Shown here piece after piece: positions 35,250-47,300 of a stretch of 64,000 bases of DNA (position 1 is its first letter; each line of letters begins with the position of its first letter). The notes under the pieces were generated by a model, which had not been told where the DNA came from, searched no databases, and saw nothing but the letters and a program-made list of their open reading frames with translations. The position numbers were made by a program, and so were the translations under genes. Where the stretch lies: the NCBI GenBank assembly GCA_950097015.1, contig CATNEN010000038.1, positions 32,364,001 to 32,428,000 of the forward strand. Direction: 5' to 3'. This stretch comes from Macrostomum hystrix. Taxonomy: Eukaryota > Animalia > Platyhelminthes.

Positions 35250-37460
35250 TCATTTGCCGCGCTGCTTTGTTTGAATCATCTCGCGCAGATTGTTCTCAGC
35301 CTCCTTTAGGCTCTGCTCAAGATAGGCCTTATTAGCTTCGAGAGTTTTAGTCTTGTCCTCTGAGGCCACTATTTTGGCTTTAATGTCGGTGCGAATTTCG
35401 TCAACTGGCTGAAGCATGAACATGCGACCGACGGAGGCGAAGACCCGACCTTCGGGAGTGACGCTAGACAGTTCCTCTAGCATCAGCTTCCTGTGTCTAA
35501 TGTCCTTCTGCAGCTGGTCAGTTTGGCGACTTTGAAACATCAGCTGTTGATTGGTCTGAAGCTTCTTCACCTGCAGCTGACTAATTGCCTGGCAAATGAA
35601 CGGGTGTTGTCAATGCTTTCTTACAGCTGATAAGAAAACAAACATTTTGATAACTATTTTCTTATATCAAGGCTATGAGACAGAGACAGGTCGAATGGAA
35701 CCTATTACTTGCATAGCGATTAGAAATAGCTAGCAAGAAGACAGAGTGGGAAATAAAATGGTCAGTGCTGTCTCTTTTTCTCAGAATACACCCTACATAA
35801 ATGATAATTAAAAGTTATCCTGTTCAACTGTATATCCAGATCCTAGGGAGCAATGGCTTAGACTGTAAAAAATCCTAAAATTTTGGAATGTAATAACTGG
35901 TCAAACAGTAAAGTTTAAAATTAATTACTAATACAATGGCTCATTTTACTAACATCAAAACTCATACATCATACATAAGGTATATTATATACTGTGTAGT
36001 CTGAATCTGGGTGAGAAGAGTGAATGACCATTGCATTTTTCCCTAAGGAATATAAATCCCTATATATTCCTATTCTTATAGATGATATAATCAAATTAAA
36101 ACGACTATTCTGTAGCAATACAAATGTATTTATACAAATCTATAAAAAATCAATTAAGGTAACAATGGTTTCAGTAACCTTTTTAAAATCAGCACCTTGT
36201 GTATTTAAACATATCGACATTATATATCTTTTTGGATGACAATCATTATTGGGCAGATTTCTTATTTTAATTATTATCTTCCAAAACTACAACACTTCTC
36301 TTTTTGTTTCTTAAGGCGTACTCAAAGTAGGACTTCGTGTATTCCTTCAATTTTAGATAGCAATAATTTTTATAAGAAATCTACACTAAGATGATTGCAT
36401 TCCAAAGCTGCAGCATCTCATGTCTTCATTTAGCATAAAAAATTATTTTTGGGATACATTATAAAAAATAACAATGGGTTAAAAAGTCAAGTGGTACCCC
36501 CTAGTTTCAGATGACAATCATTTTGAATCGTATGGGTACATGTAAATGATGGTCAACCAAAAGTGCAGTGGTTAAAATACTTCTGGCTTAAAGCAAGCTA
36601 TTGTGATTGTTTGCTGAAAGTTAAAGACATTAAAATTATTACTTTTTTGTTTTAAGCTTTGAATCACAATCATTTCTGTTGAAAAAAATGTGCATTTAAA
36701 TCAATGCCTTTCAAAACCAATTAAAATATATAAGTGTTTGTTCATTTAACTGTTGTAAAAATTTGCCTTTAAGCTTTAAGTTTGATTGTTTAATCATAAT
36801 GACAATCTGATGTTTGGTTAAAAAGTGTGATTTTTAAGCACTGTAATCTGTAGACAATTTTCAAACATGATTGTCAACAGAAACTAGTGTTAGGCTGAAG
36901 AATAATTGTCATCCAAAGGAATGCCAAAATGTTTATATTAAAACATGTTGTGCAATGTCTGAGTCCAGGTACATTGTAAAATCCTTTATGTAACAAAAAA
37001 CTAAATATGTGTATGTAGTTTCATAATCATAAATTTATAAAATAAATGAAATAAATTTTATGTAATAAATAGAAACACTGTCTTCCAACAAGGAAAAAAG
37101 TTTAAGCCAAATTTGGCGGCAAAATGAAGGAGTAGTTAAATAACAATTATTTCAAATTCATTAGTTATAAAATTATGCTATTTTATTTATTATGCAGCAA
37201 TCTAGCTAGCTAGTTCAAATGTTAAATACATGAAAAAGTTCATATATAAGTGAAAAATCTGTTTCTGTTGCTAATTTTTTTAAAATAAAACTTATAATTG
37301 ATCTCTGAGTAAATATTATCACTAACTTATTTTATTGGCCTAGCTAATAAGTGATATCTGTAGCTGTAGTGGTTAGAGTAATTATTCGACAAAAAAAAAC
37401 AAGTTAAAAGCAGGGAAAACAAACCTCTTTTAAATCCATATCAACCCCGCTTGAAGCCAT
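35250..37460 (-). CDS. PFDN1: Prefoldin subunit 1, 124 aa
   Basis: Exon 1 37460-37425 (MASSGVDMDLKE) and exon 2 35588-35250 (AISQLQVKK..VGRMFMLQ..YLEQSLKEAENNLREM). Matches the PFDN1 pattern VDLELKK..GVGRMF..EAEDNIREM. Confidence 0.93.
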
Positions 37461-38378
37461 GGCAATTTTTTTATAGTTTGTAAGTGAGCTCTGATTTAAA
37501 AAGACAATAATATTTATAATAACAGCAATCAAGAATGAATGTAGTCAAATTCAATAGGCAAATCAATTTCTAGGAAACGGAAGACACTGGCCTTTTTTTA
37601 ATTTCTGAGCCTTGTAATTATTGAAACAAAATAAATACAGAAGCGTATGAGTTTATCTTTGAAAACAATTATTTATTTTAAAAAACCACTAAAAACGTTT
37701 AGTTTATAATTTCTATACTTATTGTGGATATGTCTTGCCTACTTTATTTGAGTACATTAGGAGCATAACTTCTTAAGAATCGAAATGTTATTTTTTTTAA
37801 TTACCCGAGCCTAGCTGCCTAGCTTGAAATTTTTAACCTTTAAATTCAATTTTTTCTGTTACCTACCAGCAGTCGATTTTTTAAAGGAAAACATTAAGAT
37901 TTTATAAAAAGAAAATCTTTTTTATTTCTAATAGTACCCTTTTATACTCTTGCCCTACCATTCATGAAAAATTGTTGCAATGTAAATATAATTACATAGA
38001 TATAGATAAACTATATAGATATTTTAATAGTTTAAGCATGCAGACTTAACTGATATGTGCAAAGCAATTTCTAGTTGGTCTTTTACTAGCCAGTTAGTTG
38101 TTCAGAAATGATTATTTGCTTACACATGATTGAAATAGTAACTTTGCCAATAGTAAAAGATTTTACCCATGCCAATAATTTGTTGTGTTAATAGAAACTA
38201 ATGACTCAGGTGTTTTCAATAAGGCATGCGGAGCAGAAGTATACTTTGATTGGTATCGCCTATTTCAGAGTATTTACAAAGAACTAGATTTTTCGGCCAA
38301 ACCAGCACAAAAAGGCATCTCGTACTTTGTATTTTTCAGATTTGCAGATTCTGCAGATTCACCATTATTTTAAGTAAA

Positions 38379-39579
38379 ATGCCTGAAATTGATGACGATG
38401 TCCTCCAGGACCTGTACGCCTGGATCGACCAAATTCCTCTCTCCCGTCCAAAGCGCAACATCGCTCGAGACTTCAGCGACGGTGTCCTCATGGCCGAGGT
38501 GGTGAAGCATTATTTCCCTAAGCTAATCGAGTTGCACAACTTCAACGCCTGCAACGCTACGGATCAGAAGAAGAAAAACTGGCTCCTGCTAAACTGGAAG
38601 GCATTCAAAAAGCTCAGCTTCGAGCTGTCGCCGGATGTAATCGAGGCGCTGGCCGATGCAAAACCGGGCACCATCGAGCGAGTGCTGCTCCTGCTGCGCA
38701 CGAAGCTCGATAGGTCTTTGTTTCAACAGCAGCGGCGGACTGCCGAAGCTCCGGAAGCGGACCAAGAACTGCTGGCTGCGTCCTCTTCTAGGCGCCAAAA
38801 GCAGCAGGCTGGGTCGCCACGCATGGGATACGGGAGAGCGACGGGTCATGGTCGCCCCGTGGGCCGGTCAGACAGCCTTCAACGGCTGGGTCAGACTGAC
38901 TTTGTGACTCGACTGGAGTATGAGGAAAAAGTTCAGGTAGCTCTTTCGACGCTTCTATAGATGCTTAAGATGGGAAGAAACATCTCACGTGTTAGTTTTC
39001 GGGAGGTCGGGAGTTAAAATCTCATGCAGTCTAATAGTAGCAATTTGTGTCATTCAGCAACTATGCGGGCCATGGCACATTATGTGGTCACACGCAGTAA
39101 ATACCCGCAGCTCACACAGGAGTGTACATCCGCCTTGACTATCTCATTATCAGGCCGTGTACACTCTCACCGGGCCTCGGGAGTAGTTGGATCTCAAGGG
39201 CGCAAATTGCACAAGCTCCCAAGCCTTTTCTCCATGGCTGCGCTTAAAATTAATGTGGCCTCGCCGCGGAATCGACCTCAGGGACCTTGAAGCAAAAGGC
39301 AGACGCGTTAAACACTGCCATGCACTCACCCCCCTTGTACACATCTTAGATTGATACAAAATGACTCTGGAAATTGTTTTTAAACAACAGGAAAGTCTAG
39401 CTAAAATCGAGACCATAGATATTCTTCAGGCGAAGATTCGGCGCCTCGAGCACCTGCTGCACCTCAAGGATGTGCGCATTGACGAGCTGCAAACTAGGCT
39501 TGAAGAGTTGCGACCAACCGGTTCTCAGCAGCAGCATGACTCGAGCGGCAAGAGAATCGCAATTCCAAGAGCTATGTGA
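38379..39579 (+). CDS. SPEF1: Sperm flagellar protein 1 (CLAMP; CH domain + coiled coil)
   Basis: Exons 38379-38936 and 39391-39579. Motifs LYAWIDQIPLSRPKRNIARDFSDGVLMAEVVKHYFP and KIRRLEHLLHLKDVRIDEL. Confidence 0.95.
39040..39333 (-). mobile_element. SINE family B copy (diverged) in SPEF1 intron
   Basis: Colinear with 59617-60035. Confidence 0.7.
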
Positions 39580-41303
39580 ACAGTTCAATATTTCCCTTCC
39601 TAAATACGAAATGTTTTAAGCGATTATCGGACCAATAACATTTTTCACCTTTTCGCATTGTAATCTGTATTTATAGCCTATCAGCCTATTGTCCTGGACG
39701 ACAATGTGCCTTAAATATTTTGCTGAAACTCAAATTTGATTATACGAATATTACTGCAATTGTTATGCCACACAGAGCTGCTAGTAGTATTCCACCACAT
39801 TGTATTACTATGAGTAGCGTTTTTATACTAAAGTTCTACAACGAATTTTAAGTTTTATAAGTAGAATTCAGTTTTCTTAGGATATTTTATAGCAAATTTT
39901 AATCATGAACTTTTTTGTTTATAAATAACTAAATAATAATACGACAGAGCACGAATGCTGAGAGTTTTGTCTGAATTATTATTGGCCAATATGTCGCAAA
40001 AATATATATTGAGACGGAGAGCAAAGTCTATAAAAAAACGTTTAATTGAATTCCCGAACTACATAGTTTTTGTTTATAAGTCAGGCTGGAATTTAGAAAA
40101 GTTTTATAAAAAGAGGAAAAGAAGACAGAAGAATCGATGCATGGCTACGCGATATCGCTTCGTTTTGCTGTAGGGACTACTCATGAGTAGGAATGAGGGC
40201 GCATTTTGCCGAATTCATGACGGAAAATGAGAATTTAGAAAGTAGAAAAAATTTAATAAACTTCCAAAATAGGGAAGAGCGAGCGAAGTCAAATTAGAAA
40301 ATACTAAGCACAACAACATTGAGAATAGTGAGACCATGCGAAAATTTGCTATCTAAAATATTTCAATAAATCGCATATTGAATGGCTCAATATTAGAGTC
40401 CCGTTGGTCTTAGAATTAGTTTCTGAAATAGAAATAAATTTCTAGCCTTACGTCTTGGTATGTCATTGCAAGATTAAACTTATAGTCACTGTCAGTTTCA
40501 ATGGAAGCTAAATAATCATATTTAAAATCTAGTTTAGTTGGAAAATAGTTTCTCTGTTCCGAGTAATTTAGCAAACTGAGTAAAAATAGAAATCGATGAC
40601 AATTTTGAGCTGCAAAAAACAAATAAAAAATAGAGCAGAAAGGTGTGGACAGACAGTGAACCGATTAAAATATAAAATAAACTTTTAGAGAAAAAAACTG
40701 TTAGAAGAAAAGAAAAATGGGATTCAATTTTCAGACATTTATTTAAACAGTTAGCTGTGTTTTTTTTTAATTTCAGTTAAAGCGATCGATGCGATTACTT
40801 TGAAAATAATGGGCAGATTAGAGAAATTAAATCAAATAAAATTAGTTTTGGCCGACAGTGAAGTCTATAATATTTCACGCGGTTGGATGAGATGGAAAGA
40901 TCGCACGTTACTACTACTTGAACTTGTACAGTACAGTAGTATAAATGTGTTTTCTACAGGAAAAACACAAATTATCGATTTAAAGTGGATATTTGTTTGC
41001 ATTTTCTAATTGAAAACTGATTCGATGTTATAAGGACCCAGAAATGAACAATTAGGTAAAGTTAGTGATCTTCCATCCACAAAAAGGGAGTGCGACGAAA
41101 CTATAAGCTTAGTTAAATCTCATTGCAAAAGCAAGCAATTTTGACCGCAATTTATTGGACAACGACACACCCAACTAGACAGCAGAAATGATATTACCAA
41201 TAAATAAATGAATGATAACAGGTTTAAAATATAACAACAAAATAACAACAGCGCAGCAACGGAAGGTCCAACACGTGTGAGTGTGTTCTAGTCAGTATTA
41301 TTA

Positions 41304-44300
41304 TTACATGGACTCAAACTCGTCAATGCGCTTCTTGGTGTTGCCCATGCGAATCTTCTGCAGAGTCTTGAACTTTGACCGGCCCTCCTTGACGTTGCTC
41401 TCGTGAAGGCGATCGATGGCCTGCACCTGGTCCTCGTTGCGCACCGATTTGAATTCGTCCCTCATCTCGTCTAGCCTAGTCTTAATGGTGTGGCTCTGCA
41501 TGTATTCCTCTCTATAGTCGTCTCTGGCCAGCATTTCGCCATTCTCCTGCGACTCGAAGTTGTAATTCTTGTCGCCTGCGGGTTGGCGAAACGGTTAACA
41601 GTAGAAAGACAAGGACAAGACAGGCTATATTACCCCCCTGGTGAAAGACCACAGGAGAATTCCAAATACCCACTGCCTAATTCCCGATAGATCCCAAACC
41701 GAATGACCGATTTTAGTCATTTCGTCATTCGAATATGGCGAGGCCGCATTCATTTGTGGCGCAGCCGCGGAGAGAAGGCTCGAGTGCTTGTCGTGCAATT
41801 TACGAATTTGAGGGCCAACCTCCAAGGCACAGTGAGAGTGTACACTACAGTAGACTAGAAAGTCCTTGTCTACCAGGTTCTTCGACAAGAATCTCTCAAT
41901 TTCTTGACGATGCCGACGTCAGACAGAATGAAGGCAGTTGTTAATTTGAAATAGCAATGGTATTGTGTTTCTATTGTGTCTGTTAACCTGACTGGCCTCG
42001 ATTGAGACACACCTGGATTATATTATTATGGGTAGGCTGCCTGGGTTGAAACGCGATTGAAAGCTCTACATTTGTCCGCCGTCACTGTCTATGGTCAAAA
42101 CATTTTTTACTTATATTCTCATCACTTATAATCTCCATATATTTCACTGGCAACACAACACAAGAGCAAAGACAGCAGGCCTATAATTCGCACGTTCCTT
42201 GTCTCCAGCACGTGCCGATGAATAGACGCACAGAAGCATACCAGACTTCTGACAGCGTATGGCGCAGATAGGCACAAAGATAGCGGATCGGCATTGTTTC
42301 GATGCTGTCCGGCAGTTTCTGGTCAACCAGATATTTTTTGAAGCGCTTCACGAGGAGAGCGGTTTGATCCGTAGTCGATTTGCGTTTGGCAGCCTCTTCG
42401 ACGTCTTGCACAGCATCTTCTTCCGTCAGCTCCCGCAGAAGCTCGGCATTATTCAGAATGCTTGGATTGGACAATTCGGTGTCAATCAACTGCTGCTGTC
42501 CTACGGTCAGACCGGCCCACTGACTAACTTCTTCACCAGGATCACGGTGTCCAAGTTGCTGCAGAAACGTTATCTCATTCATTTCTAAACCGCTAATATC
42601 TTTCTCTAGCAGTGATTCCCAGTGAATCATAGTCAATCCAAATTCCTAAAGCTTTTAAAACCTTCTCACCCACCCACCAACAGAAGGGGGCTTCAAACTC
42701 TATACGGTTTTCAACCATAGACAGTCTCCGCGGACAACGAAATCGTCACGAAGCACATAGCTTAAGGCTTTTCAACCATAGACAGTTTCCACGGACGTGA
42801 AACCGCGTTGTGCGTCCGCGCTTCAGCCTACCCATAACACTAATATAGACTGGCTGATCATCAGCCAGTCTATATTAATATATTGATGCTCGTTTTGCAA
42901 TAATTGGCAGCGCAAGATTCTAAGATTAAAATTCTAGAATTTAGATTCACAGTAAAAATGGCAAAAAGTGAAATTTCTGAATGAAAAAATGATAAACTAA
43001 GCTAGATAAGTGTCAATAATTATTGTGATTTCAGACAAACAGAAGAGTAAAACTACATTTGATTTACAACACTGTCTGAGAAGACTATAGCTACTATTGG
43101 ACATTAAAAGGCTTACCCATGAGCTTATCTTCATCATCTGCTGACTGGCCAGCTAAGTTGAAATTTCGAATGTACGAGTATTTAGGAAATAATATGAGTA
43201 GGCTACTGTTAGTAGGCTATAACTAAGAATATGGTTCAAACAGAAGACAAATATATGGGCATTACGCTCGTAAATGCGAATTCAGAATATTATAGTCATA
43301 GGACAGATGTGGGCGGAAATAAGCAAGATGAACCATCTATCTACAGTGTATGCGTAGAACTAATAATAGCGCCTAGCTGTAGATAATAATTCTATGTATA
43401 AATATACCATCTGCCTATTCACCCACTCTAAAAATGGAAAACTTAAAAAAAATTGTGCGTAATTAGTCTAGGGAGTGAATGCGATAACAGACGACGAAAT
43501 TAGTATTATTTTAGGTAATAAAAAACGCCGCCAATTGAGTCAATCCTGAGAACAAATTCTCAAGACACAAGTGAATGCGCAAATTTACCTTTATGTAATC
43601 GAATTTAAAAAAAATTGCGCATTAACTCGAATTGAAATCGTTAAAAAAGGCGTGCTGAGCGGTCGAGTTCTAAGGATAACTTGCAGAAAATCGACTTTTC
43701 TTCTCTCTACGCATCGATCTTCTAAACTCAATCTTTCTTTTGTTCAAAGAAAGGCCAGACATGTAGGAAGTCAATAAAATATTAATTATATTAATAATAA
43801 TTGATTACACCTGCCCCAACTGGGCCAGATGTGCAGCCGACAGCACAGCTGCAGCTATTACGCGGCGCACCTGAAGGCTGCGTACAGCTGTTCAGTCCAT
43901 GGACTGGGGGGACGCCACACCCACCTTCAATTATCCCAGCTGATGCTGGTACCCATTTAACAGCTGGGTGAACTGAAGCAATGCAGAGTTAAGTGTCTTG
44001 CTAAAGGACACAAATTGTTCCAGTGGAGTCGGGAATCGAACCCCCGACCTTTAAGTCGTGAGTCCGACGCTTTAACCACTAGGCTTAAAAGTCTTTAAAT
44101 ACAGCTACAACCTACAATAATATACTAATGTTTAATGAACAGTTAGCTATTGACTTCCGAAATTTAAGGGCTTTTGTAGCCTAGTGCGTAGTAATAATAT
44201 TATTATTATAGTGATTAGAACTTTGTACTTTCTAACTGAAATTTAGGGGTTCGAATCCCAGCAACTCACCGGCAGCTTCATCGTCGAGTTCGGCCAGATG

Positions 44301-47300
44301 AGGCGTGGTGATGACGGCAGCCTTGGTCTGCAGATCGGCCATGCGGCTGGTTGTCTGGTCCAAATCTTTGCGCACGGACTCCAGCTCTCCGCGCATCGAT
44401 GCCAATTCGTTGGAGGCGGCCCTGGCCTCCTCTTCCTTGGCCTGAACAGCCGCTAGCACTCGGTCGTTCTCCTCCTGTAGCCTGGCCCGCTCCTCGGCGC
44501 TCATCTGCACCTCCGACTCCAGCTGGGCCTTGATTTCCTCGGCTCTCTGGCGCTCAGATTCAATCTCGTCACGTTGTCGTTGAATCTCCTCCATCTGGCG
44601 GGACATCTCAGCCATGCGGCTGGCCTGCTCCTCGCGCTCCCTGGCGTAGGACTCCTGCAGGCCTTCCAGCTCGGCTAGGCGGCCTTCCAGTTCGCGCCGA
44701 CGAGACTCCGCCTCTTCTCTGGCGGCACGCTCGCGTTCTAGACGGATTCTGCGGGGTTTGGTCATTGGTTGGGGTCACTGTGCATAGTCACGGGTCATTG
44801 GTCAGGTCATGGGGTGGAGTCATTGATAACGGCCCAAGCGATGTCATCGGGTGGAGGCATTTAGATCGGTCATTGATTAGGGTCATTCAGCACCCATCGT
44901 GCGATTGGTCATAGGTTGCGGTTATTGCGCATGCGTCATATAAATGGTCATTGGGCAAGGATTTTGGATTGGACTATTGGTCATTGGGTGGAGTCATTGA
45001 GCATCGACCGTATGAATGTGCATTGGGCACGGATGGTGTGATTGGTCATTGGTTGAGGTCATTGGACCATATGAATATGCATTGGGCACGGATGGTGTGA
45101 TTGGTCATTGATGAGGTCATTGGACCATATGAATGTGCATTGGGCACGGATGGTTGTGTTGTTTGTCGCAGAAATTGTGTCAGATTTCTCACAAACATTT
45201 AGCTAGGCTCTGTTTAACCCCGCACAAACCACTGCTTAAAAATTGTACTGTGAAACTTGAAAGGAACTTTAAAAAGGTTGAGAAAATCTTTCTAAGCAGT
45301 TGTTGAAGGCTTGCAATTTTTGCAACAACTGCAGGAAAGCAAACCAAACAAGAGAGAGAGACAGATAGAAAGGTAGGGAGAGAGAGAAATAAGAAAATCC
45401 ATTGCACGCGATAAGTAAAGCTCCAAATATTCTCTAAACTGGAAAGTAGGAAAGCAGTACCAGAAGGAGAGACAGAGAGAGAGACAGAATGACAAACTTT
45501 GTCCTGTTGATCATAAACAGTGTTGAGGCTTAGAGTTTTTCACAAATATAAAACCCAGTAAGCTGTTAAGCCCCGGGGTAAGGCCCGAACAGCCGCACTT
45601 GGCATATATATTTATATGCTGTGCAGCATTTTTATGTGATTCGTTTAGCTTATTTAGCATAGATAGCATTGACTTGTTTATATAAAACTAACAGACACGA
45701 AATAACAGAGGAATAAATAGTATGATAGATTGATCAAATCTAACGGGTAATTATTGCTAATTCGAGAAAATCATAGAAAAAATGATAACAGTAATGTGAA
45801 AGCTCTGCCTGTAAAGAATCAGTGCATGATTTGGTCAGGAAATTGGGTCAGAATCAGTCAGGAATGTGGGTCAGAATCGGTCAGGAAAGAGGGTCAGAAT
45901 CAGTCAGGAATGTGGGTCAGTATCAGCCAGGAATGTGGGTCAGAATCAGTCAGGATAGAGGGTCAGAATCAGTCAGGAATGTGGGTCAGTATCAGCCAGG
46001 AATGTGGGTCAGAATCGGTCAGGAAAGAGGGTCAGAATCAGTCAGGAATGTGGGTCAGTATCAGCCAGGAATGTGGGTCAGAATCAGTCAGGATAGAGGG
46101 TCAGAATCAGTCAGGAACGTGGGTCAGAATCAGCCAGGAATGTGGGTCAGAATCAGTCAGGAAAGAGGGTCAGAATCAGTCAGGAATGAGGGTCAGTATC
46201 AGCCAGGAATGTGGGTCAGTATCAGCCAGGAATGTGGGTCAGAATCAGTCAGGATAGAGGGTCAGAATCAGTCAGGAACGTGGGTCAGAATCAGCCAGGA
46301 ATGTGGGTCAGAATCAGTCAGGAAAGAGGGTCAGAATCAGTCAGGAATGAGGGTCAGTATCAGCCAGGAATGTGGGTCAGAATCAGTCAGGAATGAGGGT
46401 CAGAATCAGTCGGGAATGTGGGTCAGAATCAGTCAGGAATGTGGGTCAGAATCAGTCAGGAATGAGGGTCAGAATCAGTCAGGAATGTGGGTCAGTATCA
46501 GCCAGGAATGTGGGTCAGAATCAGTCAGGAATGTGGGTCAGAATCAGTCAGGAAAGAGGGTCAGAATCAGTCAGGAATGTGGGTCAGAATCAGTCAGGAA
46601 AGTGGGTCAGAATCAGCCTGAAAATGTGGGTCAGAATCAGTTAGGAAAGAGGGTCAGAATCAGCCTGAAAATGTGGGTCAGAATCAGTCAGGAAAGTGGG
46701 TCAGAATCTGTCAGGAATGTGGGTCAGAATCAGTCAGGAATGTGGGTCAGAATCAGTCAGGAAGGTGGGTCAGAATCAGTCAGGGACAATGAATACTTAC
46801 CTCTCGTATTGCTTGTTAGCCTTATCCTCCTTGGCCTGTGCCTTCATCTGTTGCACCTCGATGGTGTCTGGCTTGCGTCGGCGCATGTACAGCTCGTGAT
46901 TGCCCATGCACAGGGCCAGAATGCGTTTGTTGATTCGTAGGCGTGGCGCGAAGAATACGAAGTCCTGAGAAAGTGGCCAATCATTAATTAACAGTGGAAC
47001 TACCAAGGGGGGACTTAAGAACAAGTGCCAACTTTTTGTTGCGCATCTTCTGAAACAAGAATCAAGTCGCCATTTCTTCAGACCGTCGAGATATTCAATG
47101 GTTCTGGCCGAAAGTCAAATTTTTTCCAGAAGCGCTAGTGTATTTCACACATCCTAATACAAAAATTAGCACTGCCTTGCAAGGCCTTCAAAATGTATCC
47201 GAATGTCACCCGAATGCGCGTGCATCATCTCCGTCTTCGGTGGTCACCTACCTTTTGTCAAGACGGACTGCTGGACCTTCAAGGGCTACAACAGGTGAAA

